From Octopus bimaculoides (lineage: Eukaryota), in assembly GCF_001194135.2 (NCBI RefSeq), contig NC_068995.1, positions 5,220,953-5,284,952 of the forward strand: a stretch of 64,000 nucleotides of DNA. Reading direction: 5' to 3'. The notes beneath the pieces are model-generated. The model was not told the DNA's origin and searched no databases. It saw only the letters and a list, made by a program, of their open reading frames with translations. Shown in pieces: positions 53,590-64,000 of this stretch (its first letter is position 1; the number at the start of each line of letters is the position of its first letter). The translations under genes were made by a program, and so were the position numbers.

Positions 53590-53841
53590 AATTTTCATTT
53601 GTTGATTATAGTGTAGAGTAATACTAGAAACAATCAATTACCCACCCATCCAACATCGCCTCATCACCCACACAGCTTTTAGATAAATTGTAATATATGA
53701 TGGCTGATGATTCTAACGTTATTGTGAATAACAACAAAATCAACAACAACAATGATAATAATAATAGTGATGATGATGATGATGGATTTTTCAAAGTTTC
53801 AACTTCGTTTCTTCCTAATTATCTTGCAGCAATACATACAT

Positions 53842-53920
<79 letters not shown>

Positions 53921-54278
53921 GTCTGTGTATGCTTGTCAGTTTGTATGTATCTGTGTAGTATATATGCGTGTGCATGTGGAGTATATGTCTGTATGTACGT
54001 ATATATACACATGCGTCTAATGTATGTAGATGTGTAAGTATATATATGAATGTATATTTGCATATGTGTGCGTGCGCGCGTGCGTGTATGTGTGTGTCTA
54101 GGAACCCAAATGAACAATCATTATTATTGTTGTACTTATTGAATGTAATTTAAAGTGTTTTATCATTGTAACTGTTGATAAAACATCTGTATCTTCTGTT
54201 ATCTCTGCTCGATTGATAGAGAGGAGAGGTTGAGAATCAGGGGAGACGAGTAATGTCGGGAGTAATACAAGAGAACAG

Positions 54279-54347
<69 letters not shown>

Positions 54348-54599
54348 AAGAGGTGGAGGAAGAGAGAGAAAGAGCGTGGGAAATGGAGAAATGGGGATGG
54401 GACGGGGTGAGAGAGAAAGAGGAATGAAGATAACACTTTGAATAATGAAATAGCTCAGCTGAGATATGAAGATGTTTTCCTTACGATTTTGTTCAGTAAT
54501 TTTCCTGTGATGTTATTTAAAATTATTGAGTTATAGTGGAGATGGTGAAATGGTTTATCAAGAAATGGTTCAGTGTTCAAATCCTGAGTACGTACAGTA

Positions 54600-55100
54600 T
54601 TATACCAGGCCTTGTTCTACTTAATTTTTTCCTGTACATCCTTCCTCAGAACCTACCCGATTTATTCAGCTTCAATATACTATATCTCGTAATGTATTCT
54701 CAGTATACTGTACCACGTGTTTGTACACTCATTAAGGAAGATCTCTATACTGAATCATTGTATGCAAATTTGATATGGCAACTCCATACTGAGCCTCCGT
54801 AATTTATATGTACTGAGGTTTGATAGGTGATCTCAGTACGTGCAAATTTTCGTCTGATGAATGACAGGCGTCCGAAACGTTAACAACTCTTTCCTTTTCT
54901 ATAGCACCTATGTTATACTAACAATACCATTGTTAAAATTTTCCCCTCTTGCGTTTCTTCTTGTTTTTTGCTCATTTGTCATACTTGTAAGAAATCTCTG
55001 TATGGAACCGGTTTACAAAGTCTTGAAGTGTAATCTCGACGTCGAAACTCATTCACTGACTCTATACATGTGTCACTTCAATATGTAACCTCTGCATCTA
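54600..55100 (+). mobile_element. Probable Penelope-like terminal (pLTR) remnant
   Basis: Contains CTGATGA-stem-GAAAC (54854-54878), typical of PLE terminal repeats. Boundaries are uncertain. Confidence 0.45.
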
Positions 55101-55410
55101 AATTCCATATTGAAGATCAGTATCTTTCTTTCAAGTACCTCACACTGTTGTTTTATGTTAAACTTGCCATATTGCTGTTATTCATAATGCAATGTCAATA
55201 AACAAAATGCAAAGAGAGAACACAAGAAAAGCATCGAGGTTAAGTTAGAAAATGTCTTACATTTTGAATAATAAAATAGTTTGAAAGAGGTAAGAAGAAA
55301 AGTGATGTCAAAAAATATGTTTTACCATTCGACGAGGGTTTGTTTTGTATTTGGATATTAAGGAATATATTATTTTGATATTTCGAACTAATAATTCGAT
55401 TGTTCTAAGC

Positions 55411-55951
55411 CAGGGGTGGGGAAACACCCGCTCGCAGGCGAAATTGCGCCCGTGAGCACATTTTATTGCTCTTGCAGGCCGATACACTCATATGTACAAA
55501 ATATAACAAATTTTTCAATTATAAAATTTATACCATATTCGTATACCTATTTGCAACATAGGCCGCGTTTCCACTACGACTTAAAACGGTTAGACTCGAA
55601 CAGAAAACCGTCCAGTAATTGCCATTTGAATGGAAATTTTGTTTACACTATAAAACACATATTGCTAGGTTTGTACCACCCCTTTGAGACCCAACAATAC
55701 TCTAGCTGAAAAAAATAGAAAACCGCATAAATAATATAAGCGTCCTAAATTCAGTGGCGGCGTTAATGAAGATGTTACACGTTAAACATATCTTTATTAC
55801 GTGTTAAACTTATCTTTATTAATGTACATCGAATTATACATAGATCTATACAAGATTTACACAGATACAAGAGTTAGAACTTGTGATCCGCCCACGGATC
55901 TCTTTCATTGCAAATTTTTGCCTGCCGCACTAAAAAGTTTCCTCACGCCTG
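55411..55951. mobile_element. hAT-family MITE (541 bp)
   Basis: TIRs caggggtggggaaac / gtttcctcacgcctg and an 8-bp TSD ttctaagc / ttctaagt. Confidence 0.85.
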
Positions 55952-57311
55952 TTCTAAGTGAATGTTTTACAAAACCGAGGGGATATTCAGAATGGATTAC
56001 AGCTTCCATATCTGGGACGGGGCTGCTGTTACACATACACACACACAAACACTCTCTTTCACACACGCACACTCTCTTTCACACACACACACCTCTCACA
56101 GGGTCATCCGAAATCTCATACGTCAAGCGTTCTCTCAAGTAAGTAGCTTGACGTCGATCATCAACACATTCAACCTCTGATCCACAGTTCTGCTGTGTCA
56201 CCTCTCTGCCTTTTATACTGCTACTACAGCAGTTTCTGTTCATCAGAGTTTGTAGTAAATGTGTTGCCTTCACTCAGGTATTCTCGACTCATTCTTAGAA
56301 CAATATTAACTGCGTTCATATTACAAAGCTTGGATGATCTGAGAAGACAATGTTCATAAACGCTACCCTGCAAAGCCATAAACTCCACTCCAATTCCATC
56401 ACCACCAGAAATAAAAAGAACCGCCTTCGTATGTAATATCTATTTTTTGAATTTAAACGTTTTGTTTTCTTTCTTGTTAAAGATTATCGACTTTTCATCG
56501 AATAGCAATTCTGGTTGATCTGACCAAAGTATCTGGACTATTTCAATAAACTTCTCCTTTCCTCCAGTCTTGGGAAACTTTAATGAAGTAAAAGGTTCTT
56601 CTTTTCTTCTTCATAGAAGCTGTGGGAAAATATCTTGTCAAAACAACATGAAAGATCAACAGAAAGTGGATGGAAATACATTCAAGTAACGTTTAGTCTA
56701 AGATCGCAAATGAGTCTTGAGTCTACCTCACGGCAAGAAAGACATCAAGGTAATGATACTAAACCACCACATTAATTGAATAAATAAATAAATGAATAAA
56801 TCAAGAGGACAAAAGTATCATTGATGGTTGTGTTTCAATGAATAACCAACAACGCAGTTTCGGGCTATTTTCAAATGTAATGTAAGAAAGTGTTGGTTCA
56901 AATATTATGTAAGGTAGTATCGTTCTTTTTGTTTTTGTTTTTGAGAAACACGTTGAACCTCGCTGTGAAAAGTCAATAAAATGGTTACATGACAAAATTT
57001 TTTTTATCAGATTGTCATCACCATCGTCGTAACCGTGACCGTCACGTGATATCAAACAAGAATTCATTAAATTTCTTCTTTAGAAGTTCCCAGATATGAA
57101 ATTCCATGAAAAAAAAAAATTCACCAAACAACTTCCTTTTTCTCTCCCACTTCGTCTTTTCATCTCCTTCTCTCTATCTAACTCTTCCCTCCTTCTCTCT
57201 ATCTAACTCTTCCCTCCTTCTCTCTATCTTTTTTGTTCTCTTCTCTTTCTACATTGATATCAATATCTGGTTACACTATGAATATTGAAGTTCTTCGACT
57301 TTACCCCGCCG

Positions 57312-57376
<65 letters not shown>

Positions 57377-57462
57377 ACTCTTTTACTTGTTTCCTTCATA
57401 AGACTGCGGTTAGATGAATAAACTTCATCTAAACATCTTTATTCTTACTCAAGCACTTACAG

Positions 57463-57710
57463 TAGCGATTCTCAACCATTTTTTCCAATGGACCTCTTTT
57501 ATTCCTATTGTACTCTACTGATTCCCACAGCTATTCAAAGCTTTAAGAAATCTTATATAATTATAATTAATTAGGAATTCTATTAAAAAATTGTTAAAAT
57601 ACTATGTATAATGTAGGAGTATAACCAACTTGTTGCACATAAATTTTAACAAGATCTTAAATGGACCCTCCCCTTCGAGGGTTCATGTGGACCCCGGTTT
57701 AGGACTATTC
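57463..57710. mobile_element. Second, more decayed copy of the 11426 hAT MITE
   Basis: Colinear similarity along its length and the same left end. The right TIR and TSD are eroded. Confidence 0.75.
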
Positions 57711-58104
57711 GCCTAGGCAGTCTATGATTTCTATAAGATCCTTGGGCTAAAGTCGAATATTTTCTGTTCATGTTGAATGAAACAAAAATAATGCCTTGTG
57801 AATGATAGGGATTTGGTTTCCATCTGAAAAAGGACGACAGCCATTGGTTGAGAGTTTCCACAATGGTAACTGTTTATCAGGGAATTTATCAGGGAATTTA
57901 TCACGGAATTTATCAGGGTGCAACAATGTAGGAATCACCAGCAGCAGCACCACCACCACCACCAGCAGCAGCACCACCACCACCACCGTAGCCGTCGTCA
58001 TCATCGTTCTAACCACTAAATTTTGTTATGCAAATGTTCATATAATATTGTTACGCGATTGTTTATTTAGGAACGCGCACACACACATATGATATGTGTG
58101 TGCA

Positions 58105-58147
<43 letters not shown>

Positions 58148-58158
58148 TTACAATATTT

Positions 58159-58196
<38 letters not shown>

Positions 58197-58223
58197 CTTA
58201 CATACACACACGCATGTATATAT

Positions 58224-58257
<34 letters not shown>

Positions 58258-60931
58258 NNNNNNNNNNNNNNNNNNNNNNNNNNNNNNNNNNNNNNNNNNN
58301 NNNNNNNNNNNNNNNNNNNNNNNNNNNNNNNNNNNNNNNNNNNNNNNNNNNNNNNNNNNNNNNNNNNNNNNNNNNNNNNNNNNNNNNNNNNNNNNNNNNN
58401 NNNNNNNNNNNNNNNNNNNNNNNNNNNNNNNNNNNNNNNNNNNNNNNNNNNNNNNNNNNNNNNNNNNNNNNNNNNNNNNNNNNNNNNNNNNNNNNNNNNN
58501 NNNNNNNNNNNNNNNNNNNNNNNNNNNNNNNNNNNNNNNNNNNNNNNNNNNNNNNNNNNNNATATATATATATATATACATACAATAATATATACATACA
58601 CACCTACAGACATACACACACCATATATATATATATGATACTTCAGAAATATCTTTATTCAAACACAACAGAAATACAAAAGACATTTTTATGGAATTTA
58701 AATGGATATTCACAAAGAAAAATGAAAACAACTGCATTTTTACAGAGCAGCGCCAAAGCCGTAACAAGGACGGGGTGGGGGTGGGGGGATGTAACATGCG
58801 GAAACAAAACAAACAAAATCAAAAGAAAACAACAAGAACAACAACAAAACGAAACGAAACGAAACGAAACGAGAAACAGAATACAACGGTATATCTGTCT
58901 TTCTCGCCACTTCACTTCATCCTCTTATGCCTCCGCCTCCTCATCCTTCTGGTTGTCCTCCTCCACGCCCATTACAGCACAGAAAACATCAAAACTGTTT
59001 GTGTGTAAATATAAATCGATGTAAATATTGCATTCCTCTTGAAATGAAGAAGTAAAAAAAGTAGCCTTCAACGTTTACAAAACATTTCTATGTTCGTTGA
59101 TGATGAAGGAAAAACACACCACTTTACCGCAAAGAATCTGATAACAATCAGAGGAAATTAAAAACAAACAGGCAAGTCAATAAGTAAACACATAAGTAAA
59201 TAACATACAATAAATGGGAACATAGGAAGAAAAAAAATAAAATAAACATAAAATCCCCCAAACAAACGAAAGATAAAACAATACCAAACAATATTGCAAT
59301 GAATAATAATAACAATAATAATGACAACAATAATAGTAGTATATTATAGAATAAGATAAACATTGAAAATATGATAATTTTGTGTCAAGGATTTAAATAC
59401 ATACATATATACATATATATAAATACATNNNNNNNNNNNNNNNNNNNNNNNNNNNNNNNNNNNNNNNNNNNNNNNNNNNNNNNNNNNNNNNNNNNNNNNN
59501 NNNNNNNNNNNNNNNNNNNNNNNNNNNNNNNNNNNNNNNNNNNNNNNNNNNNNNNNNNNNNNNNNNNNNNNNNNNNNNNNNNNNNNNNNNNNNNNNNNNN
59601 NNNNNNNNNNNNNNNNNNNNNNNNNNNNNNNNNNNNNNNNNNNNNNNNNNNNNNNNNNNNNNNNNNNNNNNNNNNNNNNNNNNNNNNNNNNNNNNNNNNN
59701 NNNNNNNNNNNNNNNNNNNNNNNNNNNNNNNNNNNNNNNNNNNNNNNNNNNNNNNNNNNNNNNNNNNNNNNNNNNNNNNNNNNNNNNNNNNNNNNNNNNN
59801 NNNNNNNNNNNNNNNNNNNNNNNNNNNNNNNNNNNNNNNNNNNNNNNNNNNNNNNNNNNNNNNNNNNNNNNNNNNNNNNNNNNNNNNNNNTATATATATA
59901 TAAACACATACATACATATATACATACACACACGCACACATATATATGTATATATATATATGTGTGTATATGTATTCTCACTTACACAAACAAACATTTA
60001 TATACACAGAAGATACACAAACAACACACTTACATACATTTATATTGAGAGGAAGAGAAGGGTTGGGTGCGCATGGGAAGATAAGTGAAATGCAAAAATG
60101 GAAATGCCATCATTGCCTGGAGCTCTGTTTTTAAAGGATTCGCCACAAGCTACCGTTTTTATAGTATCGACCATTATAAATAGATGAAAGATAGATAAGC
60201 AAGAGATACGCGAAATTTATGTGAAGAGATACTCCTCCAGGAGAAGATACAAGTCTGTCTAACCTAGCTAAACAATATTTATGCTGAGGAAGCTCTGAGA
60301 GAATTCTGAGGTTAGTGCTTAGCTTCTGGTATATTATTGCTGTTGTTGTTTGTGTTGTTAGGCCAATTCCGTCAGCACTGACCTTGGGGATCTATAACAG
60401 GAAGGTAATCAAATGATTGAGGGAGTGTAATCCACACATCTATTACAATAAGGTAATTTTATATATACATACAGCAATAAATATGTATACATTAGGCGCA
60501 GGCGTAACTGTGTGGCAAGAAGCTTGCTTCCGGTTACTGTGCATGCGTTGATTCAGTTGCTGGTTTTTTTTTTTTTGAGAGTCGGACAGGATTTTTGTGC
60601 AGCGGTTTAGAGAAAATGTATTCAGTCTTTAGCGGGTCTGAATTGTCTTCAGCGGAGGAGGAGCTGGTGAAGGCAGTGAGAAGAATGGACGGAATATTAG
60701 AGAGAACAAGAAGTTTTTCTGAGGCGCAGGAGGTGAAGAGAAAGGATGTAGACCTGCCTGGACTAAAGGAATATGGGAAAATGACGCAGAAGGTGGGTGG
60801 AGACGTGAAGTTGGTCGCCGCCTAAAAGAACCATGGAGCAAATGGAGAGGAAAACTATCACCTATAGGGGGCACTCGCTGAGGAACAAAAAGGATGAACA
60901 GGTGGAAGCGGAAATAATAGAAAAAGCGTAC

Positions 60932-61037
60932 TTTTTCTATCGGTCTGTTTGCCGAATGCTAAGTTATGGGGACGTAAACACACCAACACTGGTTGTCAAG
61001 CGGTAGTGGGAGGCAAATACGTGCACAAACACACACG

Positions 61038-61071
<34 letters not shown>

Positions 61072-61455
61072 TATTTATAGATACGACTGGATTCTCTCAG
61101 TTTCCGTCTACTAAACCCTCCCCCCAAGGCCTTGGTCGGTTCGAGTCTATAATAGAAGAAACTTGCTCAAAGTGCCACACAGTGGCACTGAGTCCGGAAC
61201 CATGTGGTTGGTAAGCAAGGTACTTACCGGAAGAAATGCACGTGGGTTATATTAATTATAATTTATTATTGTATTATGATGTATTTATTTATATTGACTG
61301 GATTCATTCAGTTTCCGTCCACCAAACCCTCTCACAAAGCGTTGGTCGGCTCGAGTCTATAGTAGAAGACACTTGCTCAAGGCGCTACGCAGTGAGACTG
61401 AACGTGGAACCATGTGGTTGGCAGGCACACTTCTTACCACACGGCCACGCCTGTG
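60932..61455 (-). mobile_element. Family C SINE (60932-61230) plus a second head (61295-61455)
   Basis: Body/microsatellite/head arrangement as in the other copies. Confidence 0.8.
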
Positions 61456-62035
61456 CCTGTGTATGTGTATGTGTGCGCGCGCATATAGGTAAGCATGTTT
61501 GTATGCATGTTATATGTCTATTACATGATGGTCTCCAACCAGGCTACGATTCCAGGGAAGCCAGAAAAAGTGCACAGGGGAGCAGATAGCTAAAGACAGG
61601 GGCAAGTATCGATCAGCAGTCCCCAAGGGCATACAAATCTGCGAAGCCAACAGGAATTACAGCAGTCAAACAACGCAGGTAGGCCAGAAAAACCAGCACC
61701 ATGAAATCTCAAACTACCAAATCCTGTCCGCACAATCAGAAAACCTTTAGGGCACAGCTTGTCCTGACGTGAGACCAGCATGTATAATTTCTAGAAATGT
61801 TAGGTAAAGTCACAGTTTTTACTCGAGTCTATAATCCTTACTTTTGACCATTTTTGTGGTGATCTTCACATAATTTTGAAAACACAGAATTATGTGATGA
61901 GAGGGAAACCTTGACAAACATTTCTGTGATTCGTCCATCTGTTCTTCATTCTTCTTTATTTTGTTCTCATAATGAAAATAATAATTAAATTCTTGCAGCG
62001 GAATCATGCTTAATCTATTTCATGATTATTTCGTA

Positions 62036-62109
<74 letters not shown>

Positions 62110-62307
62110 TGATGATGATTTCTTGTACGTGGTTTGATTTTTATTGATCTCATATATTATATTAAATTTACTTTAAAAACCATTTAAATATCCTCATATT
62201 AATTTTAAAATTAAAATTCAATATTGTACTGATGAAATGAATTTAGGTCGAAATACGTAGATGCAATTCGGATATTGTTATTGTTGTTGTTGTTATTATT
62301 ATTATTA

Positions 62308-62345
<38 letters not shown>

Positions 62346-63255
62346 GCGAAATAGATATGAGGTTGAGTTGACATGATTCTGTCCCTAACATAAAATAAAA
62401 ACCAGATGGACAATTCACAGAGACACTTACACACACACACATGCCATGGCTCATACGCATATGTATGCACATACACATTAATCTCTCTATTTTTTAAAAC
62501 ATTCTTTTAGATATATATAAATTTGTTGTCATATGTTGCCATATGCATTTACTCACGTGCTCTCGCACACATACAATTGTGTGTGTGTGTGCGTGAACAC
62601 GCTTACAACTGTGTGTGTACGTGCGTATATATATATGGAAATATTTAACTCTCAAATGCATAATGATAATACTGAATAGCAAAAAGAGGATAGAACATCC
62701 TTATAAATTTGTTAGTAGCCAGCCATGAGACTCGAACCCACATATAGCCTCTATAAAAACTATATTTATAAGTTTAAAACATATACCGCAGTAAATTTGC
62801 CTTTCAATGATGTATTCACATTAGTTATGATACATAGATGGCTATTATAATTTAATACTGTTTATATTTCATATAGAGGATTTGTAATTCAGCTGAGCTG
62901 CTATTCCCAATATCAGTGAACGTTTTACTCCCTGTTTCCTATATAACCGAGACGACAGCGTTGTATTCTCCGTTTCCTATATATCGGAGACGGCATGCAG
63001 CCGGCTGTGGGAACACAATAGTGACAAGGTCCAACGCGACTAAAGTACAAATAAGGTTATTGCTAGCCGATTTGGGGGCTGATTTTCCTCTCCCTCTGAT
63101 ATACACCTCATAAGAGATCTTACTTCTGGACGGACATCGCAGTGAATTGCTATGCAGCGATGTATTTACGTTAAGTATCATATGCAGATGGTTATACATT
63201 TAATGTAGTAAATAAACTAAAGCGCATATCACGAGACAGTGTCTTATTCGAATCG

Positions 63256-63314
<59 letters not shown>

Positions 63315-63462
63315 AAAACATGCACATTCATAAGGAGATTTATGCATGCAGGTGTGTGCATATGTTAGTGAGTGGATATCTGCAGATATCAGAACAAAAG
63401 TTTTGTAAAACATGCTAGCTGTGGCCAACATGTATTTAGACATGCATGTGCGCGCGCGCGCG

Positions 63463-63525
<63 letters not shown>

Positions 63526-64000
63526 GAGAATATACAAATAATAACAACAGACGAGGACAGGTGGTGTAAATAACAAAAGTATATATTAGTATGACACACA
63601 TATATATATTCATACATATATTCACACATATATATTCATACATATATATACACACGTATATAGTCATACATATAGACGTACATGCAAGCATGCGTGTAAA
63701 TGAATATATAGTTAATTTTGAATATATCCACATATACATACATATACTCACCGCTACACACAAAGCTAACACTATATATGATCACGTGTACATGTGTGTG
63801 TGTGTGTGTGTGTGCGTGTGGATATATGTATGTACACAACACACGTACATACACACTTACACACGTATATAAATAACATACAAATGTATGAGAATGTAAT
63901 CCTGCGCAAATATACATGTATTGGAATTTATGTGTATACATATATGTCTTGATATATATATATACATATACATATGTTTTGATATATATATATATATATA

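Larger units (their letters stand above)
884..64000. repeat. Window-wide dense microsatellites: (AT)n, (AC)n, (AG)n, (ATAC)n, (TATC)n, (AAT)n
   Basis: Dozens of tracts, e.g. (CA)n 884-947, (AAT)n 62036-62106, (TATC)n 57312-57375, (GA)n 54284-54344. Confidence 0.99.

Noticed and set aside
60590-60930. Purine-rich segment with 76-81 aa ORFs, possibly a LINE fragment
   Set aside because: Only faint resemblance to L2/CR1 C-terminal motifs. I could not support a family call or a gene.
857-63941. Most ORFs in the supplied track ([12 protein letters not shown], poly-X)
   Set aside because: They are translations of microsatellites and N-gaps.

Overview
This is eukaryotic, AT-rich, mostly intronic or intergenic DNA from a gapped short-read assembly. 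Many N-runs sit inside microsatellites. The SINE families and the (AT)n/(AC)n/(AG)n/(AAT)n load point to an octopus (coleoid cephalopod) genome; this rests on my recall of octopus repeats, not a search. Nearly all supplied ORFs are microsatellite or N-run artefacts. No complete gene can be assembled. One well-supported coding exon lies on the minus strand (30627-30759) and encodes the N-terminal part of a probable secreted Cys-containing protein; several weaker exon candidates are also present. Mobile DNA dominates: three tRNA-type SINE families, CR1/L2-, RTE- and RTE-X-like LINE 3' fragments, Penelope-like remnants (one with a decayed hammerhead-like core), and hAT and Tc1/mariner MITEs. There are also two striking palindromes (42200-42451 and 34284-34456). 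There is no prokaryotic-type system, CRISPR array, rRNA or true tRNA gene, and I found no demonstrably new biological system. The best leads are the orphan exon, the fold-back elements and the microsatellite-carrying SINE.
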